Shown here: positions 12,835 through 26,423 of the stretch, one piece after another
How positions within the stretch are numbered: position 1 is the first letter of the stretch
Layout of the letters: each line of letters opens with the position of its first letter
NCBI RefSeq assembly: GCF_018350175.1
Contig: NC_058368.1
Span: 66,404,001-66,468,000 of the forward strand
DNA length: 64,000 nucleotides
Source of the DNA: Felis catus
Taxonomy: Eukaryota
Reading direction: 5' to 3'
Notes under the pieces: model-generated
What the model was told of the DNA's origin: nothing
Database searches by the model: none
Seen by the model: only the letters and a program-made list of their open reading frames with translations
Made by a program: the position numbers and the translations under genes

Positions 12835-14469
12835 AATGCGATAAAAAATGAATTCTGCAAGACTACTGAAGATCGAGTTCCTCTACATGCCCTTGCAAAA
12901 TAGAAGGTAACCCAGAGTGGGGACTCCATGCTTGATTGTTCACGGATGCCACCTGCTTGCCACACCCAGCAAGAAGCGTGGCATGACAATGACACCCTGT
13001 TACACCTTCCAATCTGTCCTCATTTCCGGGTTCTCCTCGCGCCGGGTAAATGTGCACCCGGCCTTGGAGCCCGGGTTATCTGTACCAAGATCCTGCTTCC
13101 TTTCCATGTCTCCCCAAACTGTCCTGATGCAAAAATAGAATGCTGTCATACACGAAGAAGCCGGTGCCAAATCTAATAAAGGGAAGAATAGTATGGATTC
13201 AAAGATGCATCCATTTCTTCGGGCTATGAGTGTTTCACAAAGCGATCAAGCCTGAGTTCCGGGCTTCTCTGGATCCCTCAAGTTGCACTCTGGACATCCA
13301 TACGTTTGGCCTTTAGGAGGTACCTCTGGAGTGACAAAATGGCCATTTTCTTTTTCAACTGTGCCTTCTGTGTAAGTTTCCACATTGTATCTGAAGTTAC
13401 CCTTTGAATACGCCAAAAGGAGAAAAGGTTCTTGAGGACACAGGGGCATTGTTACTTGTTTTTATTGTAAGTGGCTGAGCATCGGTAGGCACAGTTAGAG
13501 GCTGGGTTTATTTGGCAGCGTCTCATTGTTCCTGGACGCTCAGACTCCCAGGGGGTCGCATTCCCATGTAAGCTATCGCAGGCGGCTGCTGATAAATGAG
13601 TCTCGGCTAGCCGCGCGCGCACAGCATCTGAAAGCAACAAAGCCTTCCCCTGACTCAGCACAGGTACTGCTGCAGGAACCGTCGTCCAAAATGTCGAGGG
13701 GCAGCCCCAGAACGGGCGGTCACCTTTCGGCCACTCTCAACTCCTGCGTCAGCAAAGGCTAGCCTGCACTTTCTAGCGTTCATTCCAGTGGGCTTTGGAA
13801 TTAAGTAGAGCTCATGGAGCTCCGGATATATAATTGATGTCAGCAACAGTCAATCCAATGTTATATTTTAGGAGTCAAGTGCGGAATCTAACAAGAATTT
13901 ATTAATACGCCAGATATAGTGAGAGACAACACAGAAGTTATGCTCTGCTGCAAAAATAAAGAGAAATGGTCCCCAAATTTTAAAATTTTCAATTAGGGCA
14001 TTTTTTAGGGCAGTAAATACTGTGAAGCTTTGTGGAAAAGAATTTGCAATGTGCTCTGTGTGTTTTATTATTCATTACGTGGTGAACATTGTGAAGTCGA
14101 TTTTGTTCAAAATACGGATGAAGATGTGGAGCTCATTCAGAGGACTTCTGATTTAAAATGGATAAACCAATTCATACACAAATACATCATGCATGAGATT
14201 TCAATAGCTGAAAAATGGCTTAAATATGAAAATCTCTCTGTGTGTTTCTATTTCTTCTTTTGGAGGCTGATGGATAGAGAGCCTTTGGTTTCCAGAACTT
14301 GGAAAATCACCTGCAGGAAGGGGAAGAATTTTAAGAGGGTGTATACTGTACAGGGATAAGTAAGTAGGAAGGACAAAACAGAGGAATGGACATCTTCCCA
14401 GCTTACAGGGCACCACAGTAGAGGCCGTGCAGGAATGATGATGACCGCAGTGAGGCAGGGCGGCCCCAG

Positions 14470-14910
14470 CCAACGCGCCCCTGTCCTAGATGTCCTGATT
14501 CCCCTGAGATCTACTCCTCCTCTCTCCATCTTGGTCGGTGCCCTGAATGAGAATCTCTACAAACCACATCACCTGGGTGCCCTTGCCCCCTGGCTTCCAG
14601 TGGGCTTCTTCTGATGGGAGGCAGCACGTGGTCAGAAGGAGGGACTAGAGAGGTCAGGGCGTCATTCCCCAGCTCCCTCCCCTGCGTGGCCTTGGTTTAG
14701 CAGTTGCTGCATCATTTGGTGGCCGTCTGTGACTTCAGTTCTTGCTCATTCTGGTGGCAGTTCCTTCCCAGGGGCTCTCCTGCTGCTAGCAGCCTTGGGG
14801 TCCTTTGTCAGCCAGCGCTGGTTTCCCTGTTCCCACCTTTATAAGTCGTCTCTTCTTCAAACTCTCTTTATTACCTCTTTGAGTGTGCCATCTGTTTCTT
14901 ACCAGGACAA
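14470..14910. mobile_element. Old ERVL LTR (LTR33-like)
   Basis: ccttgccccctggcttccagtgggc...gaggtcagggcgtcattccccagctccctccc. Confidence 0.5.
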
Positions 14911-15650
14911 AGACAAATATAGCACCTTTGTAAGAATTAGAAAAAGGCACCCATATGGGTACCTGAGGGTTCATTACACTGTTGTCTGTGCTTTGGTATG
15001 CATTGAAATGTTTGAAAATAAAACAATTCCCCAAAAGAAAAGTGTGTCCCTTTGGTGAATGGTGCCCTGCAGGTGCATAGCTTTGTGGAGATGGAATTCA
15101 GGCTGGATTTCAGCCCAACTCCCTCCCTGAGCAGGTGACTTTGTGCAGTGCACCAAATGCCCAGACGAACCTGGCAGCCCTCCGGAAAGATGAGCAGGTC
15201 TCTAAAAGCTGAAAATTATCTTAAAGAGGAAGTGAACATTGACCTGGGCCTTTAAGGATATTTGGGACTTAAATTGGAAAGTGCCTCGCAGGCAAGGAAA
15301 CCCTGTGGGACGGGCAGATATAAGATGTATACAGGTATAGATTCTGTAAGGCAAGGATTGTTGAAGGGATTGTTGCAGCATAAGTAGAGACGGGATGGAA
15401 ACGGGCTTTGCTGAGCTATAAAATGTGAATTGTCATTTGTGATCACCCAGGCAGTATGGTGCGTTTGGACACGTGGACTCTGAAACTAGACCTAGTGGGC
15501 TTAACTCGCCGTTTCACCATCCATTAACTCTGTGACTTTGCACAACTACTCATCCTCACTAGGCCTGTTTTCTCTTTTGCAACATGGGGATAAAATAGCA
15601 CCTACCTCTTAGATTTGCTCGGGGGCTGAATTTAAAAATACACATGAAGG

Positions 15651-15872
15651 GGGGCACCTGGGTGACTCAGTCGGTTGAGCATCCGACTTCTGCTCAGGTC
15701 ACGATCTCGCAGTTGACAAGTTCGAGCCCCACATCGGGCTCTGTGCCGGCAGCTTGGAGCGTGGAGCCTGCTTCGGATTCTGTGTCTCCCTGTCTCTCTG
15801 CCCCTCCCCCGTGCATGCTCTGTCTCTCTCTGTCTCAAAAATAAATATAGAACACTAAAAAAAATAAAATAA
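15651..15872 (+). mobile_element. Can-SINE inserted into a MIR (about 15455-15935)
   Basis: ggggcacctgggtgactcagtcggttgag head with a CT tract and A tail. TSD-like aaaatacac..gaagg. MIR core on both sides. Confidence 0.92.
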
Positions 15873-17000
15873 AATACACGCGAAGGGCTTAACACAGTGC
15901 CTGACAGTAAGTGCTCAGTAGGCATCAGCTACTGTCACCAAAAGCTTTCAAGCAGAACAGTGACATGAAAGCAGTAGCTTGTGAAAATTAGTCAGACCGC
16001 GTGTGCAAGATGCACCACAAAGGAAGAGGCGGGCGGGGAAGTCAGTCTGAGGCTCTGGTACCGTCTGCACTGGAGGAGGGACACAGGAAATGAGACAGAA
16101 GTAGCAGGTGCAGGGAATACTAGGAGAAGAGGAGAAGGGGGGCTGCGAACAGGCAGGTCACGAGAGTGAGGAGTCAGAGAGGGCTCCAAGCACTTTTCTG
16201 AGACCTTTAGTCTCCACTGGTCTAAATGCACAAAGGTAGCGTGGGCAGTCGACATCAAGGAATTGACAGTTTAAAATTTTTAGTACAAGTAAAAGGAATA
16301 TGCCCTTTTATTACCAGTGAGAGAATTAAAGAACCATTAGATTTTACCCTTCTCTTTCGCCCAATATCGAACATTAGATCCAAGATTTTATTACAAAATA
16401 AAAACCCTGATGGACGCTTCAAACGTTCCAGCGCTCACTGGTTACTCCTCGAACTTTCCAAAGATGGGTTTTTATATCCAGAAGTCTCTTCTGATTAGAG
16501 TCTGAGGTTAGGCCTCTTCAGTTGAGAAAGAGCATCCTCGTACAAGAGAACTAAAGAGCGTGCATCATTTACAAGTTCGGTTCTTAGCAAAATTAACCAG
16601 AGAGCTGAGGAAGCTAACAAGCCCTTGACTTCAGTATCTACCATTTGGGATGGAGGGAAGAAAGTAGTTAATTTTAAGAAACAACTTGTCTAAGTCCGCA
16701 ACTGAACGTTCCTTTGTAGGCAAGCCTCCCTGCATATTCAGTATCATTTTAAAAACCACTCTGAAACCATTTTTTTATAGCCCTATCTCCCTCTGAGAAA
16801 AGTTACTCCTTGTTTTCACTTTTTGGGTTTTTTGGGGTTTTTGGTGTTGTTTTTTTTTTGTTTGTTTGTTTGTTTTGTTTTTTTTTTGCAGGAGCAGAGC
16901 CAGTTGTTGCCAAAGCTCCGGCCCACTGTCAGAGACAGCACAGCACAACCTGGTACCGAAGCCCCTCTTGCCTCACGCTGACCTGTTCTCTTTCTGTTGA

Positions 17001-17234
<234 letters not shown>

Positions 17235-17391
17235 TAGATTATGCCACAGTTGTCCTTCAAAAGCAATGTACACCTGTAATCTTATGTCATTCTTGCCCGA
17301 TCTGCAGAGCTGTTTATGGTCCTTTGGACAGAGAGCTCTGATCTGCAGGGCTTAGGAGACAGTTACTAAAATCCTAAAGTCATAACTGGTC

Positions 17392-17606
17392 TTTTTTTTT
17401 AATTTTTTAAATGTTTATTTTATTTTTGAAAGAGGGAGACAGAGCATGAGTTGGGGAGGGGTACAGAGAGAGGAAGACACAGAATCTGAAGCAGGCTCCA
17501 GTCTCTGAGCGGTCAGCACAGAGCCTGACGCGGGGATCAAACCCACAAACCATGAGATCATGACCTGAGCTGAAGTCGGATGCTAAACTGAGCCACTAGG
17601 CGCCCC
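17392..17606 (-). mobile_element. Can-SINE
   Basis: Reverse SINE with an imperfect TSD tca(t/c)aac(t/c)ggtctt. Confidence 0.92.
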
Positions 17607-17884
17607 AAATCACAACCGGTCTTAAGGATTAGTTGCGCTGGATTACATTCAGTGCTACCTAAGCTAAAAGTAAGTCTCATCTGCCAGTTGATCTATTAAC
17701 GATAAAGCAACAAAGTAATGTTTTCATCTTCTCCTTCCCCCATCATCATTTACATCTCTACCCCAAACTCCTGTCCACTCCCCCAACCACCAAAAGAAGA
17801 ATGTCCTGAAGATTGCTCAGACGAGGCTGGGCTGGAATCCCTGTTTCACCACTGACTGACTGGGGTCTTAAAATTATATCTTGA

Positions 17885-18103
17885 GGGGCGCCTGGGTGGC
17901 GCAGTCGGTTAAGCGTCCGACTTCAGCCAGGTCACGATCTCGCGGTCCGTGAGTTCGAGCCCCGCGTCGGGCTCTGGGCTGATGGCTCAGAGCCTGGAGC
18001 CTGTTTCCGATTCTGTGTCTCCCTCTCTCTCTGCCCCTCCCCCGTTCATGCTCTGTCTCTCTCTGTCCCAAAAATAAATAAACGTTGAAAAAAAAATAAA
18101 AAA
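17885..18103 (+). mobile_element. Young SINEC_Fc
   Basis: CpG-intact body and a perfect 16-bp TSD aaaattatatcttgag at 17870-17885 and 18104-18119. Confidence 0.96.
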
Positions 18104-20515
18104 AAAATTATATCTTGAGTGTCAGGTCGGGTCATCAGGAAGTTCATTTGCAGCCATCTGTAAAGGAACTGAGATAATATCTCATGTGCCGTGGATTCAA
18201 CTGCATTAGCTCTCTCTCTGTCCGGTCACTCCCATACATGAACCATGGGCATTTGTATCTGGAATATTGAGAGAAATAATGAAACGTTAGTGCAGTATTA
18301 CACATGACTAGTTTATTAGCTATCACAAAATGTCAGAAGTGATTGGAAAGACTAATAAGTGAACATGAAGTGAAATTTGGAGTTTGTGTAAGTGATTTTA
18401 AGAAGCATAACTATAAAAATTCGGGGGGGGGTGTTTTATTGTTTTGGGCTTTTTTTTTTTAAAGATATGTGTCCTTACAGAGAGTTCTTAGGAAAAGATT
18501 TCTGGGACATAAGCTGTGGAGTCACCAGTGACTCTGTAATTTGGTCACCGAAGCAAAAGATGATGCTTGTGTGCTTGAATTAATGAGATAGAAAGAAACA
18601 AGTTACAGATGGAAGATACGAAGTCATCTAAGTGTTAGCCATCATCCTACTGAGTTGTCCCCTGCAGAAAATTTGTAGTGCTTCATTCCATTTTAAGTAA
18701 CCCAAAAATTAATTTTCTAAATGCAGGCTAATGGCCAACCCATGAGACTTTCTTGCTGTAAACCCCCTGAGAGTCCTCCTATTATTTCTCTAAACCTCTT
18801 CTTCTTCAGAAGAGAACCTTCCACAAGGTTTTGAGCCTTTGCTGCTTCTCCCTTGCTCCTTCCTTAGCTTCGCTCCTCTGAATGCATCCGTCGTCTTCTC
18901 TATCTCATGAAATGCTTTATTGTCTGGAGAATGACTATAGGAATAAATAATTCAAGAGAACGTAAGAATTATTTGAGGCTGCCCTTGCTTCTCTCTCCTC
19001 TCTGACCTAAAGAGGTTATGCCCATGTCAATCTGCAAAGCTTAGGGAGTGTGCCTGAGAAGAGATCGTGCCCCACTTTCCCTTGAAAGAAACTAAAAATT
19101 AGCAACAGTTCAGAGCATCATTTAGCTCTAACCCAAGCCCCATACTTGGCCCCCTATTTTAGGATAGCGTCTGTCATATAAGCCATTATCACATCTTATA
19201 GCCATCACCCTTCCTGCTTTTGACATTTTAAAAAATCGCCCCTTAAATTCCTGCGTTTCTGATTCCTTTTCAGAAAGAGATGGGGCCATTATTTCTCTCA
19301 GCTGGAATCTCCTGTCATTATTTGCTTACCACGTTTTTAATATTCTAAATCACTTTAATAATATCTTTGTAAAGGTTATACTACTTCTTGTTCATAATAC
19401 CAGTGTTAAGAGCAATTCCCTTAGCAGTTCTGATATCTCTGAATTTAATTAATGGGCATTTTCCCCCTCATAAAGGCCAAAAGATAAATCCTAGAAAATA
19501 TTGAGAACCTGGTATAGTGTAATCAAGTGATCTTACCCGGTATTTAGATGTCCCATTAAAAAAAAAAAAAAACCTTGTGGTGAGTTGTGCCATGTTTATT
19601 CAGGGGGACATTAGAAGGGTCCCTGCATTACTCTGATTTTACTTAATGTAGCATCTAACAGTCATGATGGTGCCAGCATTTCAGGAGCAGCTCAACCCGC
19701 CCACCCTTGTTTCAGGCCAACGGGGAGGAATTTAGCTCTATTGACTGAATCTTTGAGCAAGTTGGGGAAAGAGTAAATGTCATGACCAGGTTTACGGTTT
19801 CCTGAGTCCTTCCAGGAACATTATCTCACGTATACCCCCTAATGATTCTGTGAAATAGATAATGAATGAATATTCTCCTTTTTCCAGGTGAGAAAGGAGA
19901 GTCTCAGTGAAGCTAATTGGCTTGCCCTAGTTCACTTCAATAAAAAAATGGCAGGTTAACACCTAGGTCCTTCTTGCTGTAGGAACCATACTTTTTTTCT
20001 ATCAGGCATCTTTGCAAGCACTGGGTTTGGTGCCATCCCACATTTTATCAGGGTGCCTTCACACAAACTCTGAGAGGCAAATGTTACTGTCTGTCTCTGT
20101 TGAGCTGAAGAAACACAGAAGCTGAAGATACTTCCCAAGGCACCTTTAATTATTCGACAAGTATTTCTTGTGCATCTGCTGCCTTCTAGGGACCATTAAA
20201 GGCAACGGGGATCCAGAAGTGAACCGTATACACCACACACAGTCTCTACCCTCAACGAGTGTACATTCTCATGGAAGGCACAAGAAAACAAGCAAGTTAG
20301 TGATACAATTACACATGGTGATAAGTACTTTCACACAGCTAGTGATTAATGGAGACTGAACTGGGACCCAGTTCGGAGACACAGGGTTGTGAAACAAGAA
20401 GGAACCAACCCATGAGAAGTGGGAATACAGCAGGCCCAGAAGGCATGTTGGGCAAGTGGGGAAGATGTCACGCTAAGATGACATACTCAGTGGGCACTTG
20501 GGTGTTAGTTCCCAG

Positions 20516-20801
20516 CAGGGAATGGCAAACCTTTTCTGGAAAGAGCCAGTTGTGAAATACGTTCAACTTTGAGGGCCATACATGAATGTAGAATTAGACA
20601 ATGAACGCATAAGCGAATGGGGGCGGCTATGTTCCAACATAACCTCATACGTGGACACTGAGATTTAGCATTCACACACACCCTATTTGTGTGTCCCAAA
20701 GTATCATCCTTCATTTTCAAACACTGGGAAATATAAAAACCATCCTTGGGTTATGGGCCCTGCACGTACAAGCATCTAGCCATAGACCTCAACCCTGACC
20801 C
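20516..20801. mobile_element. hAT-Charlie MITE (MER58-like)
   Basis: cagggaatggcaaaccttttctggaaagagccag...ggctatgttccaacataacc. Confidence 0.65.
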
Positions 20802-21119
20802 AGAGAAGTTGGGTTGACATACCAGCATCGGCCAGAAGAAGAAGTACCTTTCGAAACCAACATGGGTAGGCATGGCCTCTTGTCCGGTTCAGGTTTCACA
20901 CGTTTCTTAAGTTGGGTAACTGGATATCAGTCAACCCTGTGTCTCAGACATCTATTTCCATACGGTCTCCCGGCCCACCACAAACCTGCCCGCTACAAAC
21001 AAACCCCTTGCGGCAGTTGGGGGCAGGGAGGCCCTTCCACAACCTGGCCCACATCTAGTGTGCGCCCCTACGCCTTCCAAGCTGTGGTCTAACTGTCTTT
21101 TTCAATCTGCCCACGCCAG

Positions 21120-21322
21120 GCGATGAATCCAGTGGCTCTGGGAGTGGCAGCGGGTGCATGGACGACGTGTGTCCCACGGAATTTGAGTTTGTCACCACCG
21201 AGGCCCCTGCCGTGGACCCCGACCGGAGAGAAGTAGACTCTTCCGCAGCCCAGCTCGGCCACTCCCTGCTCTCAGGGTCTCTCGTCTGCATGGTTCTGGC
21301 ACTGCAAAGACTGTGCAGATAA
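21120..21322 (+). CDS. GPC6: Glypican-6 terminal coding exon 9 (heparan sulfate attachment region and GPI signal)
   Basis: Acceptor ctaactgtctttttcaatctgcccacgccag|GC. Translates (S)[66 protein letters not shown], ending at TAA 21320-21322. Has an acid-flanked Ser-Gly cluster and a hydrophobic C-terminus. Missing from the ORF track on this strand. Confidence 0.98.
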
Positions 21323-24300
21323 TCCTGGGTTTTTGGTCAAATGAAACTGCATTTTAGCTATTTGAACGGCCAACTCCCTTCTTTTCTTACACTCTTGGAC
21401 AATGGACCATGCCACACAACTTAACCGTTTTCGATGAGAAGAGAGCAGGACTGCACTCTGCCTCCCTTTCTGTTTGCCCAAAGAGTACCGGGTGCCAGAC
21501 TGGACTGCTTCCTCTTTCCTTCAGCTATCTGTGGGGACCTTGTTTATTCTAGAGAATTCTTACTCAAATCTTTCGTACCAGGAGATTTTCTTACCTTCAT
21601 TTGCTTTTATGCTGCAGAAGTAAAGGAATCTCACGTTGTGAGTTTTTTTTTTTCCCGTTTAAAAAAAAAAAAAAGTCAGGAAGAAAATAATTTTCCTTGT
21701 AAAATCAGGCCAAACCCCAAGACAACTGCATTTTCAACAAAGGAGCAAACAAGAGAGAAGAATAAAAGAGCGTTACCATTGTGAGGTCGGCATTGCCAGC
21801 CGACTCCCAGTGTAAGCTTTTCTGTGATAAATCAGGTTTGCAAAATGCTTTGGGAGAGAAAGTTTGAATTTTTTTTAATGTGGTGAAAATACAGTGTTGT
21901 CTTGGAGGTACCGTCTTGCACTCTGTCCACAGAATACCAAACTGATTTGGGGGTACTGATACTAAATTTAGAATTCCATCTTTAATACGAGAGCAAAATT
22001 GCCACGACCCAGCACCTCTCTCCCACCTTGCCCGATTTCAATTCCAGTGATGGCACCATTTTCCTTAATTCTCTTGATGTCTGTCCGCTGTATCCAATTG
22101 GCACAGATTTTTCTCTTCATCTCCAGTGACTAGTGGAGGCTCCCACCAATTCATCCTCCCCAAGGGTCTCAATTGAAAATAATCTTCAATGAAACAAGAG
22201 CTTTGCTTTAGCCACAGGTTTGACATTAATTCGATGTTTCTGCCCCTGGGCTCATTACGCTCCCAAAGTAAGAGTTCTTTTCATGAACTTACAAGCAATT
22301 AGATCCAATTGTGAGTGAGTTTTCGTTTTTTAACTATTTGCTTTGTGGCAATTGGTTTCTGCATCACAAGGGCATTCTCTTACAAAATAACTCACAACAA
22401 CAAAAAAAGTCAAGACAAAAAAATATATATATAGTATTGACATGGAGATTTCTTTCACTTTTTTAGTCTTAGTATGATCATCTATTTTTATATCTCTCTA
22501 TATATAAATCACAGATTTTAACTTCTTAATTCCAAGCTCAGGGTTGACACACCTTTGTAACGAAAATGTTTTGTCAACCAGCTCTTCTTGTTCTGTGCTG
22601 CTCAGAGAAGAGATTCCTCAGCGGTCTGTGAGCACCAAGAATCAAGAAAGAGAACTTTTTACGTCTCTAACTGTCCGTTTATTAAAAGTTTGCCAGGGCA
22701 CATCCTTTTTGCATGAGCGTGCTTTGTCCTGGGTGCTGCAGACGGTACCGAGCTCATGGGGAGAGCCATGGGTGTGCAGGACTGTACTGGTGATGGGAAC
22801 CGTATCCATAAGGAATGTGGTATACACACAAAACCATCGCTTTCATGTACGCCTTCAGCCTAGGATTCCGCTTGGCACTTGGACATACGACCTAACTCAA
22901 GAGGCCACTGTAGAGCCACAAGCCTAACTGACCCACCAAGTGTACCAAAGCCAGGCCCTATGCTCCCCATGTTAGAGAGAAGCGAAATAAACCAAACTGG
23001 GGCTTTGTTAATACGGTTGGCTATCCACGTGTTTCTTGGTTTTTATGATGATCTGGGGTTGGGAAAAGTAATGCTTCAAGACACCATCGTCTGCCAGTCA
23101 CATTTTATTTAACCCATTGACAGAAACGGCACGTAAATGGTATCTTTCGATCTTCGCTCTCATCAAAATTATAATTAGTTATTGATTTAGTCATCACATT
23201 TAAGTAGAACACATGCGGCACAATAGTATTAAGTATATTTGAGCACTTTTGCAAAACTGAAAAGTATTTAGAAGCATCTATTGCTATTTTATGCCTAATG
23301 AAATATGAGAAGTAGGATTCTGAGAGACTTTGTGGCATCTTTTCATTTAAATCTTTATGAAATTAACACCTAATCTAATTCAGCATTGCGCACGTCTAGA
23401 AAACCATCCATTTCACTGCCAAACTTCAGCTTCCTATCACCAATTACACAGAAAACATCTCTATGAAGGACCTATCATTCAAGTTGCTCATTCCATCGTA
23501 TGTTCAGAAATCAGTATTGTCTTTCTCCAATAATTAAGGTGCAATACAAATTAAATCAATCTTGATTTTCCAGAATATATGAGTAATAACTTGTTTTTAT
23601 GGCTTTAAACTCCAGGTCTTTCCTTTTTTAAATATTTCTGCATCGTCTTCTACGAAATAGATCAGAATGCCTTGTTTGCTTTGTGCTTTCACCCCCGAAA
23701 GGTTTTGTGCATGTGTATGAATACACATTATAGTAATGAATGTGAACCCATGTTCCGTACACATGAAACACACAGATAATATATATACGCCTGCTCCAAT
23801 TGTTTCAACACCTTCATTTCGATAGTATCCATATTGGTGAGATATAGTGATCCATAAGAGCCAGGCAGAGAGCTGAAATGACTATCAGTTAATGATGCCA
23901 CAACATCAGTCACTTGCATGGATGTGGTCGAGATATTCTTCAAATTGTACTTCCTAGTTTTTATCATCATCCGACTATGTTGTATGATTTTTTCAGACTA
24001 ATTTAACATGAGGCTTTTTCTGTCCTAAGGGAACTGGTTTAATCCGGTTATCCCATTTCAGTAAGTATTTTGACATTCCTCCTCGCCCTCCCCACCTCCT
24101 CCGCCAAATTAATTTCTCTCATCTCACTATAGTGATAGGGGATGAAATAATGCTCCATGATTTCTCCCGATCTGCCCTCATTTACTTTGATGTCTCCTAA
24201 ATTCTGTAATCACATCACAACCTCTGTTATGAGTAGGGAGGGATGGGCTCACTGAAATCAGACACTAGAAATTGTTGGGTGATGCTCATAACCGCGAACA

Positions 24301-26350
24301 CTTAGCTTATTGAAGTGCCTCTATTTACATGTTCTTTAGTTATAATATGTATTTTTCTAACAGAAATACACGTCTGTAATTGGTGTATATTATACTTTGT
24401 ATATGTTATAACAAAAGCTAAACAGAGGCTAAAGTCTTTAGCAGAGAAGAATGAATTGCAAATTCACCAAGTAGAGCTCTGCCTAGGGTTCTGTATTGAA
24501 GGACAGCCGTGACAGCCTTCTGTCACTTTCGTGGAGATCATGTCAGTGCTTTGATTAGAGCCATCATAGAACGACGTCAGCACTGGCAATCGGATTCCCT
24601 TACGGTGGTTTACCCGGATAAGTAGCTGGTATTACCCGCTTTACTTGTAAGGGGCAATATTAACAAAGTAGTATTTTCGTCTACACTGAAAAACACTATT
24701 AAGTAGTCATTATAAAAGCAACCTTCTATAAATCAAACACATTGAAAATATTGTTGGACACAGAGCCCTGATATTTAATTTATATTCCCTGCTGCAGACA
24801 TTAGCCTACTTTATTCTTTAGCCATTACATACATGTTTTGGCTACACACTGAACACCAACTAAAGTCCCCAAGGAGGAATAAAAACTTAGCAAATTCCTG
24901 AGCTGTGATTCTTTTATTGCTTCTCTTTGCAAGGCTAATTTTCAGGTGGTTTGATTAAAGGTGGAAGTGTTAGCAAATGTAAGTTTTGACTCACCCAAAA
25001 CTTGCAGAAATACAAACTCATTTTTAATTACCTACAGTCACGAATAGACCTGACTTTCAACTTAAAAGTGGGTGGGGGTGGGGTGCAGTTTAGCTTTGCC
25101 AAGAGAAGAGTAAAGGAGACCATAACCTATACATTTGCAACGTGTTTCTCCTTGGCGGAGACATTAGCCAGTGTTTAGTTTCAGGCCAAGTTATACAAGT
25201 AGAGTATTGATTTGTATGCATTCTGGAGCCTTGCTACATCACGGTTTGCTACGGCACGGGACTCAGCCTAGCCTGGGGCCATTTGAACCTCATTCAGAGT
25301 TGAATAGTTTCTGGAATCTTTGACATCGTCTTGTAATGAGGTACTTTCAGGAGAAGACACCTGAAGGTGCGTAACAGTGAGGTCTCTGTGTGCATATGCA
25401 TAATATATATGCAGGACAAATGTGTGCACCAATCAAACCTAAAATTTTATGTGACTGTCAAATGAATATTACTTGGGTTAAGATTTTTCATTTCTGATTT
25501 GGATAGAAAATTGCTATTAATCTTGTATTAAAATAGTTTTTAAAAATCGACCGGTGCCCTTTCTGCATTTTCTTAATTATTGTCACAGTCTAAATTTCAG
25601 AGTTTTTGAATTTCTTTTTGCTTGAGACCTTTTTAGAAACTGCAATACTAAAAGAAAGCAAAAGGAACCATCGACGAAATCAGCACCACTCACCTCAGTA
25701 TGCTTGGCATTTGAAATCATGAACTTTTAGAACTTGAGAACTTTGAAGAGCTTTTCAAATGTGTATGGAAGATGCTATGTCTCTCTTCTTTTGTATTGGT
25801 TTCTTCTCTAAGATAAAATTCAGTGGCTTGAGAACTGATGTCAATACTTTATCACTGAGGTGAGAAAAGTAAGATGATATGTGAAAAGACTAACCATTTC
25901 CAAATTCAGCAAGTTGCATTGATTTTTACATTTCTACAAGTTTCCGTGCTATCAGGAATGCTAAATATTGTGTAACATGCTAAAGATTCACTTAACAAAT
26001 ATTTATTAAACTCCTACTCTGTGCTAAACCTGCTCTAGGTACTGATCACGGTTGTCAAAAACACCAGTTGGAAAGTATTCATTCTTTACTACAGTTAAAT
26101 ACGATTACTACGAATACCTCACTTCTTTCAAGAATGCTCTTTTAAATAAAGGAAACCATATAAATAAAGTTATCAACACTACAATGTTTAACTGTTAGCA
26201 ATATTATAATTTAGCTCACATTATTGCTATTTTGGTTTCTAACGAGAAAAGTGATTTCTACAGAGAATTAAGGAATTTTAGGATAATTCCACCTACAAAA
26301 TCAGAATGTAACAAATTGTATTTGAAAATAAATTGAATCCAATTTCATGG
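21323..26350 (+). other. GPC6: Putative long 3' UTR of GPC6
   Basis: AT-rich, SINE-free stretch after the stop codon, ending at a cluster of AATAAA hexamers. The 3' end is inferred. Confidence 0.65.
26145..26332 (+). terminator. Candidate distal polyadenylation signals of GPC6
   Basis: AATAAA at 26145-26150, 26163-26168 and 26327-26332. Confidence 0.5.
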
Positions 26351-26423
26351 AAAGGAAAAACATCTAATGGTTTCGGGGAAAAAATAATAAAACCACAGAA
26401 ACTTTTATCAGGTAACAATATTT

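Noticed and set aside
15651..15730. tRNA-like A/B boxes at the heads of many elements
   Set aside because: These are Can-SINE heads followed by CT tracts and A tails, not tRNA genes.
19870..19895. Pyrimidine tract plus CAG|GTGAGA resembling a recursive splice site (a similar one is at 1465-1492)
   Set aside because: It lies in a MIR-like remnant within a 3.9 kb intron. The 1486 site has a weak donor. There is no supporting evidence.
21055..21291. Minus-strand 78-aa ORF
   Set aside because: Antisense shadow of GPC6 exon 9.
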